NCBI GenBank assembly: GCA_022790575.1
Contig: JAAVXM010000025.1
Coordinates: forward strand, 67,761 to 131,760
Origin: Clostridia bacterium
GTDB taxonomy: Bacteria; Bacillota; Clostridia; TANB77; CAG-508
Reading direction: 5' to 3'
DNA length: 64,000 nucleotides
The notes under the pieces are model-generated. The model did not search any database and was not told the origin of the DNA. It saw nothing but the letters and a program-made list of their open reading frames with translations. Positions 32,438 through 41,821 of this stretch are shown here, piece after piece. Position 1 is the stretch's first letter. Every line of letters begins with the position of its first letter. Made by a program: the position numbers and the translations under genes.

Positions 32438-33472
32438 TTATTTCCGTATTTGCAATACCATTTTATTAGTTAGCATATTTTTATTAAAATCAAATTCATA
32501 TTGGAATTTGCCATATTCTTTATCTTCTCCAATTCTAGTACACGAATAATATTTATAAGTCTTTCCATTTTCATCAACAATTTGAATATTAAGTGGCATG
32601 AAATCATCTTTAATTGTACCAGTCATTATTGTACCTGTATCTGTAACATAAAAATTTTCTACTTTGACTTTGTTTAGTTTACCCTGTGTTTCAAACTCTA
32701 TATTGGCTCTGTTGTAAAATAACTCTGGAACATTTATTGAAAAATTCCAATCAGTATCTTTAAACAAATATACATATTCATCTTTATTATAATCTATATA
32801 ACCTACATCATAGATATTAATGTATATTTTCTGTGCCCTAGGTATGGGAGTAATTGAATCAAGCATAAGCTGTGCTATAAATCTATTGTCTTTTAGATAT
32901 AAATTGGTATATGATTTGCTCATATTCAGTTCGTTTTTATGAGAAAGTTTCATACTTCTGTAAAACTTCTTTTGATATTTTAAGTCACTTGATTTCTTTG
33001 TTAATGGTGAGTAATTACAATAAACATTTTTATTTTCATCATAAATTATAAATTTTGCAAAAATTTGATTTTGTACTATTTCCTTATCTGTAAAGTCAAA
33101 ATCAACAACTATATTCATATCTTTATCTGAGATAATTAGACTATTTATTTTACATCCAATACCATTTTTATATTCATATGCTGTGTTAATATTTTCTATA
33201 TAACCATTGTCAACAGCATTTTTCATGCTTTCTGATAATTGTAATGTAATATCTATATTTTCTATATCCATTATGTTGCTCTGAGTGTAAGCATATATTA
33301 TTGTTCCTCCTGCTACTATTGTTGAAAGAATTCCTATAATGATTTTTTTGATGGTCTTTATTATCTTATTACTGGACTTATTTTGCTTTTTGTTATTTTC
33401 TTCTCTAAACTGATATATAGCAATATCTTTTTTCAATTTTTCAATTATGTCTTTTTCTATATTATTTCCCAT
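32438..33472 (-). CDS. putative anti-sigma factor (membrane-anchored), partner of ECF sigma
   Basis: 344 aa; overlaps ECF sigma gene by 11 nt; cytoplasmic N-term, one TM, large extracytoplasmic domain. Confidence 0.45.
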   Translation of the reverse strand: MGNNIEKDIIEKLKKDIAIYQFREENNKKQNKSSNKIIKTIKKIIIGILSTIVAGGTIIYAYTQSNIMDIENIDITLQLSESMKNAVDNGYIENINTAYEYKNGIGCKINSLIISDKDMNIVVDFDFTDKEIVQNQIFAKFIIYDENKNVYCNYSPLTKKSSDLKYQKKFYRSMKLSHKNELNMSKSYTNLYLKDNRFIAQLMLDSITPIPRAQKIYINIYDVGYIDYNKDEYVYLFKDTDWNFSINVPELFYNRANIEFETQGKLNKVKVENFYVTDTGTIMTGTIKDDFMPLNIQIVDENGKTYKYYSCTRIGEDKEYGKFQYEFDFNKNMLTNKMVLQIRK

Positions 33473-34010
33473 ATCCTTTCCCCTCCATTTCTTTTTGTAA
33501 TTTTTTTCTTATCCTATGTAATCTGCTTCTAACATTAAAGTCTTTCATCTTCATATGTTCTGCTATTTCTTTTGTTCCCTTGTTATTGTGATAATATAGT
33601 AAAAATATTTGTATGTCCGTTTTTTGCATTTTATTTATTGTTTCATACAAAATCTCGTTTTTTTCTCTTGTTTCTATAATTTCCAGAAGTTGCTTATCAT
33701 TAAATAAAACATTATCATATTCTTCTATATCTAATTCAATTTTTAATTTTCTAAGTTTTTTCTTAGTTATGTTTTTTGCTATTCCAACTAGATATGGTAA
33801 TATCGGTCTATTTAACTCTAATTCGTTTTCTTTTTTCCACAATGCAAAAAATGTGTCTAGTATTATTTCTTCTATGTCTTCTTGAGTTAATATATTATTA
33901 CTTATATTTTGTATAGTTTTTATTAAATATGATGTGTTTTCTTCTATAACTTTTTCTAAGTCGATTTTGTTTTCATAAAAGTAGTTTTCTATACTTTTCT
34001 TGTTTTCCAT
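33462..34010 (-). CDS. RNA polymerase sigma-70 factor, ECF subfamily
   Basis: 182 aa; sigma-70 region 2 and region 4 (HTH ...TKEIAEHMKMKDFNVRSRLHRIRKKL). Confidence 0.75.
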   Translation of the reverse strand: MENKKSIENYFYENKIDLEKVIEENTSYLIKTIQNISNNILTQEDIEEIILDTFFALWKKENELELNRPILPYLVGIAKNITKKKLRKLKIELDIEEYDNVLFNDKQLLEIIETREKNEILYETINKMQKTDIQIFLLYYHNNKGTKEIAEHMKMKDFNVRSRLHRIRKKLQKEMEGKGYGK

Positions 34011-34187
34011 TTTTCCCCCTTCTTTCTTCTTTTTGTTATATATATGTTACCATTTTTACAAAAAATGTTACACTTAATTATAAATAACAAGAATTATTAT
34101 CACAGTAGAATTCTAACTGATAGTTTCCTGCTGCACAATTTTTTGTTTATTTAGAATAATTTTTTAAATTTCGTTAATATTAATAAT

Positions 34188-35801
34188 ATGGAAATCAAGA
34201 AGTTTTTTAGAAATTTATTTAAATATGATAGTAGCGATATATACAACTTTTCAATATTAAATGATAAAAATGCACAACAGCCAAATCCTAAAGAAAACAA
34301 ACATATAATTTCTGCAAATGTAAATGAAAATTTAGAATTATTAAAAAGTAAATATAATGCATTATTAAGTAATGATATAATAATTAGAGAATTCAGTTTA
34401 TCAGCAAATAATAAAGAATATAGAAGTTTTATTATTTATATTGATGGTTTAGTTGACACAATATCCATAAATGAGTTTATTTTACAACCACTAATGTTAT
34501 CAAAAAAGGAGAAAAACTCTGTATTACAAAATGATTTAGCAGCATATGTAGATAATTGCCTCCTTCCTCAAAATAGTGTAAAAAAAGAAGAAAAATTTGA
34601 GGATGTATTTAGTGATATAAATATGGGAGACTGTTTGCTCTTCATAGATACCCTAAATATTGCTTTTGATATAGATGTAAAGAGTTATAATCAACGTAGT
34701 ATAAGTACACCTCAAAATGAAGCAATTATTAAAGGGCCTCAAGAGGCTTTTATAGAAAATTTGAGAACAAACACTTCACTACTTAGGCGCATAGTTAATA
34801 ATGAAAATTTGGTAATAGAAACTATTCCTGTTGGTAAAATAAGTCAAACAAAATGTGGTGTGTGTTATATGCAAAATATAACAAATAGCGATTTAATTGC
34901 AGAAGTAAAATATAGATTAAATAATCTATCTATAGATTCTCTTTTATCTTCTGGTCAATTAGAACAACTTATTGAAGAAGATGAAGGCTTTGGTATCCCT
35001 CAAATACTCTCTACAGAAAGACCTGATAAATGTGCTAAATATCTGCTACAAGGTCGTGTGATTATTTTGGTTAATGGGAATCCTTATGCTCTAATTGTAC
35101 CTGCAACTATAGAGGATTTTCTATTTTCTCCTGAAGATACGAATTTGAGACCTCTTTTCGCGAATTTTTTACGTATTATTCGTGTTATGGCAGCAATTAT
35201 AACACTTTTATTACCTAGTGTATATATTTCAATTACATCTTTTCATCAAGAAATATTACCAACTGAACTACTCTTCTCAATCTTAGCAACTAGAGAAAAT
35301 GTTCCTTTTCCTATCTTTTTTGAGTTGTTATTGATGGAGTTTTCTTTTGAATTGATACGTGAAGCAGGTTTAAGAGTCCCATCTCCAATTGGGTCTACTA
35401 TAGGTATTGTTGGTGCTTTAATACTTGGCGATGCTGCTGTTAATGCAGGTATAGTTAGTCCTACTTTAATTATTATCGTAGCCATAACTGGTATTGCTTC
35501 TTTTGCTATTCCAGATTTCTCTTTTGGCTTCCACATTCGTATATTTAGATTTTTATTTACTGCCTTAGGTGTTACTGCTGGTTTTCTAGGAATTGGTTGC
35601 GGATTGTTTGTATATCTTGCATCTCTATGTAGTATAAAGTCTTTCGGTATTCCTTATACTACACCTATTGCCCCTGCTTTTAATTCTAAGGGTAATGGAT
35701 ATTTTGTTCCTCCTATATGGAAACAACAATATAGAGCTAGCTTCCTTTCTTCTAAAAAACCTGAAGCTCAATCTGATATTAGTATGAAATGGAAAGTATA
35801 A
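34188..35801 (+). CDS. spore germination protein, GerA (GerAA/SpoVAF) family, orphan A-subunit
   Basis: 537 aa; GerA family soluble N-domain + C-terminal TM region; no adjacent B/C subunit genes. Confidence 0.8.
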   Translation: MEIKKFFRNLFKYDSSDIYNFSILNDKNAQQPNPKENKHIISANVNENLELLKSKYNALLSNDIIIREFSLSANNKEYRSFIIYIDGLVDTISINEFILQPLMLSKKEKNSVLQNDLAAYVDNCLLPQNSVKKEEKFEDVFSDINMGDCLLFIDTLNIAFDIDVKSYNQRSISTPQNEAIIKGPQEAFIENLRTNTSLLRRIVNNENLVIETIPVGKISQTKCGVCYMQNITNSDLIAEVKYRLNNLSIDSLLSSGQLEQLIEEDEGFGIPQILSTERPDKCAKYLLQGRVIILVNGNPYALIVPATIEDFLFSPEDTNLRPLFANFLRIIRVMAAIITLLLPSVYISITSFHQEILPTELLFSILATRENVPFPIFFELLLMEFSFELIREAGLRVPSPIGSTIGIVGALILGDAAVNAGIVSPTLIIIVAITGIASFAIPDFSFGFHIRIFRFLFTALGVTAGFLGIGCGLFVYLASLCSIKSFGIPYTTPIAPAFNSKGNGYFVPPIWKQQYRASFLSSKKPEAQSDISMKWKV

Positions 35802-35831
35802 ATAAACCACCCATTATGGGTGGCTTTAATT

Positions 35832-36371
35832 TTAATAATTTTCAGCTTTAATTTCAAAATATGCTTTTGGATGGCTACATACAGGGCAAACTTCTGGCGC
35901 TTTTGTTCCAACAACTATATGTCCACAATTTCTACATTTCCAGATTTTTACTTCTCCTGCTTCAAATACTTTTCCATCTTTAACATTTTCTAATAATTTT
36001 AAATATCTTTCTTCATGTTCTTTTTCTATTTTAGCTACTTCTTCAAATAAGAATGCTATATGGTTAAAACCTTCTTCTTTTGCTGTTTTTGCAAAACTAG
36101 CATACATATCTGTCCATTCATAGTTTTCTCCTTCTGCAGCAGCTTTTAAGTTTGATGCTGTATCTGATATTTCTCCTCCATTTAATAGCTTGAACCACAT
36201 TTTTGCATGTTCTTTTTCATTATTAGCTGTTTCTTCAAAAATAGCAGCTATTTGCTCATACCCATCTTTCTTAGCTCTACTTGCAAAATAAGTATATTTG
36301 TTCCTTGCTTGTGATTCTCCTGCAAATGCAGTCATTAAATTTTGTTCTGTTTTTGTTCCTTTTAAATCCAT
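35832..36371 (-). CDS. rbr: rubrerythrin (start set at MDLKG with GGAGGG RBS)
   Basis: Ferritin-like diiron domain (E..EXXH x2) plus C-terminal rubredoxin-like CxxC...CxxC. Confidence 0.85.
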   Translation of the reverse strand: MDLKGTKTEQNLMTAFAGESQARNKYTYFASRAKKDGYEQIAAIFEETANNEKEHAKMWFKLLNGGEISDTASNLKAAAEGENYEWTDMYASFAKTAKEEGFNHIAFLFEEVAKIEKEHEERYLKLLENVKDGKVFEAGEVKIWKCRNCGHIVVGTKAPEVCPVCSHPKAYFEIKAENY

Positions 36372-36445
36372 TCTTCTTTTCCCTCCATATTTATTACTTA
36401 TAGTGATTAATATAACATAACTTATAAATAAAATCAACTATATTA

Positions 36446-36620
36446 AACAACTTTTTGTTACTAGTCAGCAATAAAACTATTTCAATAGTTAAAGAATGTT
36501 GATATATAATATTTGAAAGATAAAGACCCGTAAGAGTACCCTAGATATGGTTTTATCAAAAAATATTATATATCAACATCTGAAACTTTTTATTATTTAT
36601 TGCTGACTAGTAACAATTTT
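36446..36620. repeat. nested perfect inverted repeats (outer 22 bp, inner 19 bp) forming a ~175-bp palindromic structure
   Basis: ttgttactagtcagcaataaa (36455..) / tttattgctgactagtaacaa (..36616); atgttgatatataatattt (36497..) / aaatattatatatcaacat (..36579). Confidence 0.7.
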
Positions 36621-36624
36621 TTAA

Positions 36625-37218
36625 TTATTTCACCATTATATGTATATTTTCAACTTTAGCATTCATTTCTCTAGAAAGAATATTTTGAATTTGAGCAATC
36701 TCTTCTGTCTTTAACTCTTCTGCTTTTACAATAACACTAATACTGTCAACATTAACAAATATAACACAATTTTCAAAACCTTTTGTATTAATTAAATTTT
36801 CACAAATCATAATTGCATTTTTTTCTTTATTAAGCTTGGTGATTTCTTGAGTTACAACTGCTTTTTGTTCTTCTGATACATTTGAATTATTCAACATTCC
36901 TTGATAAGTCTCCATTGTTTGAGAATACATTGTATCTCTTGCAAGTCTAGATTCTTCAAAGTATTCATCTTTTTTCTCTGTATCTTGATTTTGCTGTTGT
37001 TCTTCTTCCTCTTTTTCATTGTTTTCATCAATCAATTCATTGTTACTTACAAGTGTTGCATCTCCCAAATTTTCTTCATCATTTTCTTTTTGCTCACTTT
37101 GACTTACATTCATTGTTTCTATAGTTTTTGACTCTTGAGAAATGTAATTCCAATATCCTGCAGTAACAAGCATTAATGCTAAAGTGTATATAGCTACTGA
37201 ACTTTTCTTAATTTTCAT
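36625..37218 (-). CDS. spoIIIAH: stage III sporulation protein AH
   Basis: 197 aa, N-terminal TM, acidic linker, YscJ/FliF-like C-domain; last gene of 8-gene spoIIIA operon by order and sizes. Confidence 0.7.
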   Translation of the reverse strand: MKIKKSSVAIYTLALMLVTAGYWNYISQESKTIETMNVSQSEQKENDEENLGDATLVSNNELIDENNEKEEEEQQQNQDTEKKDEYFEESRLARDTMYSQTMETYQGMLNNSNVSEEQKAVVTQEITKLNKEKNAIMICENLINTKGFENCVIFVNVDSISVIVKAEELKTEEIAQIQNILSREMNAKVENIHIMVK

Positions 37219-37820
37219 CTTTTATCCTCCTTTCCCATTTCAAATACTTGTATTTTATGTACTGCTAATCCTGTAACAGCTTCTACTGCACTTACTATTG
37301 ATGTTTTTATATTAGCATTTTCTGCACCTTGTGCAGTTATAATTGCCCCCTCTATTGTTGGCATTATAATCCTTTCTGTTATTGGCTCATTTTTTCCATT
37401 TTCGTCTGAATATACTATCTCCTTTTTACTTTCAGTCTCTGTTGTGTCTTTACTACCTCCATCTTTGCTATTTTCTGTTGATTTACTTTGAGAAGTTGTT
37501 TCATTATACATTGCTACTACTGTACTACTTTCTGAATATTTCATTAATACTTTCACTTTTCCAACTCCATTTATACTACCTAGAATTTCTTCCAATCTTT
37601 TTTCCAAGTCATCTTTGCTTGTTACATTATTTGATATATTTGTTGCAAGTACCTTGTTTGTTTCATTTTCTTCTTTTTCAATTTTCTTATCTTCTGTTTT
37701 CCACATATTATTTATTATTATTACTGTTATTATTAATATTATAATAAATACAATTATGTTCTCTATTTGCCTTTTTTTATCTTGTCCTTCCCCACCTTTT
37801 TTAAAAAATTCTTTAAGCAT
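37215..37820 (-). CDS. spoIIIAG: stage III sporulation protein AG
   Basis: 201 aa, N-terminal TM + C-terminal ring-building domain; operon position. Confidence 0.7.
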   Translation of the reverse strand: MLKEFFKKGGEGQDKKRQIENIIVFIIILIITVIIINNMWKTEDKKIEKEENETNKVLATNISNNVTSKDDLEKRLEEILGSINGVGKVKVLMKYSESSTVVAMYNETTSQSKSTENSKDGGSKDTTETESKKEIVYSDENGKNEPITERIIMPTIEGAIITAQGAENANIKTSIVSAVEAVTGLAVHKIQVFEMGKEDKR

Positions 37821-37845
37821 ATATTATCCCTCCTTTAAATATAAA

Positions 37846-38352
37846 CTATTTTGTCATTAAAATATTGATTTTATCTTTGCTTATTTCATATTCTTCTATA
37901 ATCTCGTTTCTTATATCATTTAATTCACCTTCACTCATTGAAGGCGTTATTTTGACTGTAATTTGATGTATTCCTGCATTTCTCTTCGTTGTATCTAATT
38001 CAGCATCAATAACGCATTTACTAACTGTATATCCTTTATCTGTGAACTTTTGTCTTATATTATTTTCTAATTCTTCTAAATATATTTTTTCAAGCCTTTT
38101 ATCCATTGATGATTGGTCTACTATATATTGAGAATTTGTAGTATTATATTCTTCTACCTTATATTCATCAATTTTATTGAATTCTTCTTTGTTTTTTATA
38201 ATTGGAGATATTATATTAAATAATATATATACTCCAATAACCATTTGTATATATTTTCTATTTTTGTTGTTTGGTAAAACTAATTCTATTATTGTTGCTA
38301 TAATTACAGCAATAACAATTTGTTCAGCCCATGAACTTATAAAATTTATCAT
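37846..38352 (-). CDS. spoIIIAF: stage III sporulation protein AF
   Basis: 168 aa, two N-terminal TMs; operon position. Confidence 0.65.
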   Translation of the reverse strand: MINFISSWAEQIVIAVIIATIIELVLPNNKNRKYIQMVIGVYILFNIISPIIKNKEEFNKIDEYKVEEYNTTNSQYIVDQSSMDKRLEKIYLEELENNIRQKFTDKGYTVSKCVIDAELDTTKRNAGIHQITVKITPSMSEGELNDIRNEIIEEYEISKDKINILMTK

Positions 38353-39491
38353 CTGTACATCATCCCACTATTTGAAATTTTTACTACCAAAGTAGTTCCT
38401 ACAATAAGCATTACAGAAAGTGCACATAGAATTCCTAATAACACTTTAAATACACCTCCCATTTCTTCTAACAGTTTTACTATTTTTTCATCTGCAATTG
38501 GTTGCACCACTGCTGAAGCTAAATTATACACTATACTCAGAATTGCAATTTTTATTATTGGCATAACACATATACCTATGATTAAAATTACACCTATTAG
38601 TCCAACTGCATTTTTTAATATAACTCCACAACCTAAAACACTATCCACAACATCTCCTAAGACTTTTCCTACTACTGGTATTACAGTCGATACTGCTGCT
38701 TTCGCTGTTTTAGCTGTTATTCCATCTACACTACTACTTAGTGTACCTTCTAATGAAACTACTCCAACAAATATTGTTAATGTTACTCCTAGAAACCAGT
38801 TAACCCCAGATTTTAAAAATTTTGATAACTTGTCTATTTGTACTTTCTGGGAAATCTTAGATATTATTGCAAACACTACTACAACTAGCATTACAGGTAT
38901 TAACAAATCTTCTATCATTCTTCCTATAAAATTGATGGTAAATAATATTATTGGTTCTAGCATTGTACTTGTTGCTATACTTCCTGTATAAATCATTAAT
39001 GTTAATAATAATGGTATTAATACATTAATAAGACCAACTAAATTACTTGCAGTGTCTTTTACTAATTTTATTATTTCTGTGAAATTTGCCATGATTAATG
39101 TTACTATTAATATGTATTGAACAAAATAAATTATTTGAGATATGTTTTTGTTTTCTAAATTATCTGTTATTGATTTTAATATTCCATGAATTACTACTAT
39201 TACTAGTATGCTTATTAATACTTTTATTGTTGAACTGATTTCTGTTCCTAAAACTCCTAACACTTTCTTATAGATTGTTTTGTTATCCACTTTTCCTTGT
39301 ATTGCTTGATTCAACATTTCTGCTATATCTATGTCTTCAAAAAAGTCTCCTGTATATTGCTTTGATTCTTTTATAAATTGATTTATATTAAACTGTTCCA
39401 TTGTTGATTCCATTATTTCTTCTTCTGTTTCTGCTAATGCAATATTGGGTATTAAAATAATCAAAACAAATATTATGATTATTTTTTTCAT
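38349..39491 (-). CDS. spoIIIAE: stage III sporulation protein AE
   Basis: 380 aa, signal peptide + polytopic membrane protein; operon position. Confidence 0.8.
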   Translation of the reverse strand: MKKIIIIFVLIILIPNIALAETEEEIMESTMEQFNINQFIKESKQYTGDFFEDIDIAEMLNQAIQGKVDNKTIYKKVLGVLGTEISSTIKVLISILVIVVIHGILKSITDNLENKNISQIIYFVQYILIVTLIMANFTEIIKLVKDTASNLVGLINVLIPLLLTLMIYTGSIATSTMLEPIILFTINFIGRMIEDLLIPVMLVVVVFAIISKISQKVQIDKLSKFLKSGVNWFLGVTLTIFVGVVSLEGTLSSSVDGITAKTAKAAVSTVIPVVGKVLGDVVDSVLGCGVILKNAVGLIGVILIIGICVMPIIKIAILSIVYNLASAVVQPIADEKIVKLLEEMGGVFKVLLGILCALSVMLIVGTTLVVKISNSGMMYR

Positions 39492-39520
39492 ATGTATTCC
39501 TTTCCTTAAATAAAACTTTT

Positions 39521-39922
39521 CTAAGGTAATATTTCTACTATTAATTCTAATAAACTTGTTATAATTGGAAGTGACATTGTTATTATAATAACTTTACTCC
39601 CTATTTCTATCTTACTTGCTATTGCTTTTTCTCCTGCGTCTGCACACACACTTACCGCAAACTCAGTTAAAAATGCAATTCCTGTAATCTTTATTAAAAT
39701 ACTTAAAAACTTTTGATTTATATATGTTTTTTCTGATATGGATTGTAATAAATTTATTATTCCTGTTATTTTTTCTAATGATAATGCTAATATCATTACT
39801 CCTGCTATTATAGATGCATATATTGCAAATTCTGGTCTATATTGTTTTAATATTATTATTACTATTAGTGCTATTAAACCAATTCCAACAATTTTTATTA
39901 TTTCTTCCATTTTTAATCTCAT
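39521..39922 (-). CDS. spoIIIAD: stage III sporulation protein AD (alternative start at 39910, MEEII)
   Basis: 133 aa, 4 TM small membrane protein; operon position; shares ATGAGATTAAAAATG start context with gene at 29034. Confidence 0.75.
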   Translation of the reverse strand: MRLKMEEIIKIVGIGLIALIVIIILKQYRPEFAIYASIIAGVMILALSLEKITGIINLLQSISEKTYINQKFLSILIKITGIAFLTEFAVSVCADAGEKAIASKIEIGSKVIIITMSLPIITSLLELIVEILP

Positions 39923-39972
39923 TCCTTCCTAAAGGTACATATCCATTTGGAAAAGGATTGGATATTTCCTAT

Positions 39973-40167
39973 TTATAGATTAAATAATGTTCTTACTGAG
40001 TTAAATAGAGAACTTATTTCTTGTATTACCATTGATAATACTATTACCAATCCAGCAAGAGTTGTCATCATTGCTTGGTCTTCTCTACCTGCCCTTACTA
40101 ATACTTGATGTAGTACTGCTACTAAAATTCCGATAGCAGCTATTTTGAATAATAAATTTATGTCCAT
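39973..40167 (-). CDS. spoIIIAC: stage III sporulation protein AC
   Basis: 64 aa, two-TM mini protein; operon position. Confidence 0.75.
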   Translation of the reverse strand: MDINLLFKIAAIGILVAVLHQVLVRAGREDQAMMTTLAGLVIVLSMVIQEISSLFNSVRTLFNL

Positions 40168-40211
40168 CTTTATTTCCCCTTTATAAAAAATTTTTATTAA
40201 TAAGTTATTTT

Positions 40212-40721
40212 CTAAACTAAAATTATTACAAATACTAATCCTACTACTACTCCCAATGTTTTATACATTTTTTGGTTCTTCTTCTTTTCTTCTTCTGCAT
40301 TTTCTATCTGCATATCTAAAAACTCTTGGGCTACCTCTATTTCACTTATTTGTCCATCTACATCTGTTTGTCCAAGTAATTTTCCTAGTCTTTTTATTAC
40401 ATCTTTATCTTCTTGATTTATACTTATACATGCTTCTTGAATACAGTTTGTCCATACTTCTTGTGTGTCTTTATATTCTATTTGAGTTGCCATTTCTCCA
40501 AATATTTTTTCTATCTGAGTATTACTGTCTTTAGCTATTTGTTTGAAGATTTCTCCTAATGGCTCATATGTAAATTTTATCTTTGTTTTCATTATATTTA
40601 GTATGTTTTTAAATTCTTTAAGTTCTTTTACTCTATTTTCATATATCTTTGATACTGTAATTCCTATTCCTGTTGATAATAGAAATATAGAAATTAACAA
40701 TATGAGTTTAAGTACATACAT
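40212..40721 (-). CDS. spoIIIAB: stage III sporulation protein AB
   Basis: 169 aa, N- and C-terminal TM; operon position. Confidence 0.7.
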   Translation of the reverse strand: MYVLKLILLISIFLLSTGIGITVSKIYENRVKELKEFKNILNIMKTKIKFTYEPLGEIFKQIAKDSNTQIEKIFGEMATQIEYKDTQEVWTNCIQEACISINQEDKDVIKRLGKLLGQTDVDGQISEIEVAQEFLDMQIENAEEEKKKNQKMYKTLGVVVGLVFVIILV

Positions 40722-41596
40722 TCTGCATCTCCTCTTTTCTTTGGATTTAAAATAATTATTCTTTCAAAAACATTTTTCTCTAATAGCCTAGCAAGTTCTA
40801 CATTTTTGTTTAGCTCTTCTATATCTTTTCCATGTGCTGTGAATATTCCTTTTACACCTGAACACATTGCATAATCTATCGCTTTTACATCTTCTATACT
40901 TCCTATTTCATCACATGCTATAATATCTGGCGCCATTGACCTTACTAACATTCTCATTGCCTCTGGTTTTGGCATATTGTCTATTACATCTGTTCTTATT
41001 CCTATATCATTTTGTGGTATTCCTTTATACATTGCTGCAATTTCTCCTCTTTCATCTACTACTCCTATAGTTCTACCAATAAAGTTTAATCTCTCTATTC
41101 CATTACTTATATTTCTTATAATATCTCGCAATAATGTAGTTTTACCACAACCTGGGGGAGATATTATTATTGTATTATGTATGGTGTTTTCTTTTTCATC
41201 TATAATTTCTTCTATTATCTTATTACTACAACCTATTTTCTGTCTCGCTATTCTAATGTTTAAACTTGAAATATAATTTACATTTATAATTTTCCCATCG
41301 TCTATAACCGCACTTCCAACAATTCCTACTCTATTTCCTCCTCTAATTGTTATATATCCATCACAAATCTGCCTTCTATATGAATATACTGAATTCTCAC
41401 ATACCTTTTCAAATGTTTGTAATACTTCCTGCTGACTTACAATATAATCTATTATGCTTGTCCTTGAACCAATCTTCATACATAATTGTTTATTACTTCT
41501 TAATCTTATTTCTTCTATTCCATCTTCTAGATTTTCTTCTATTATTTTATGTAATTGTCTTGGCATATAGTTTAATACTATATTTATTTCTTCCAT
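40694..41596 (-). CDS. spoIIIAA: stage III sporulation protein AA (secretion-type ATPase)
   Basis: 300 aa; Walker A SPPGCGKTTLLRDI, AAA+/T2SS-E-like. Confidence 0.85.
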   Translation of the reverse strand: MEEINIVLNYMPRQLHKIIEENLEDGIEEIRLRSNKQLCMKIGSRTSIIDYIVSQQEVLQTFEKVCENSVYSYRRQICDGYITIRGGNRVGIVGSAVIDDGKIINVNYISSLNIRIARQKIGCSNKIIEEIIDEKENTIHNTIIISPPGCGKTTLLRDIIRNISNGIERLNFIGRTIGVVDERGEIAAMYKGIPQNDIGIRTDVIDNMPKPEAMRMLVRSMAPDIIACDEIGSIEDVKAIDYAMCSGVKGIFTAHGKDIEELNKNVELARLLEKNVFERIIILNPKKRGDAECMYLNSYC

Positions 41597-41693
41597 TTTT
41601 AATCACATTCCCTTCTCAAGGCACAAGTTGGTTGGAAAAAATTAAATTTAAAATAAAGTTTGACTACACCAAAATTGTAATTATTTTTCAACC
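41597..41693 (-). repeat. leader repeat element, medium form (copy B) abutting spoIIIAA start codon
   Basis: 24-nt core at 41670..41693 identical to copies A and C; shared RBS-proximal block. Confidence 0.7.
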
Positions 41694-41765
41694 TTCCTCC
41701 TCAGTGACTTATACTACTATAATCAGGTTTTTATGATATAAGAAATTTTTATTTTGATATACCAC

Positions 41766-41800
41766 AAAAAGAGCATATATTATATATATATGCTCCCTTT
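41766..41800 (-). terminator. bidirectional rho-independent terminator (gagcatatatatatataatatatgctc hairpin flanked by A and T runs)
   Basis: Perfect palindromic stem with A5 upstream and T5 downstream on + strand. Confidence 0.6.
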
Positions 41801-41821
41801 TTCTATTTTAGAACCTATTAT

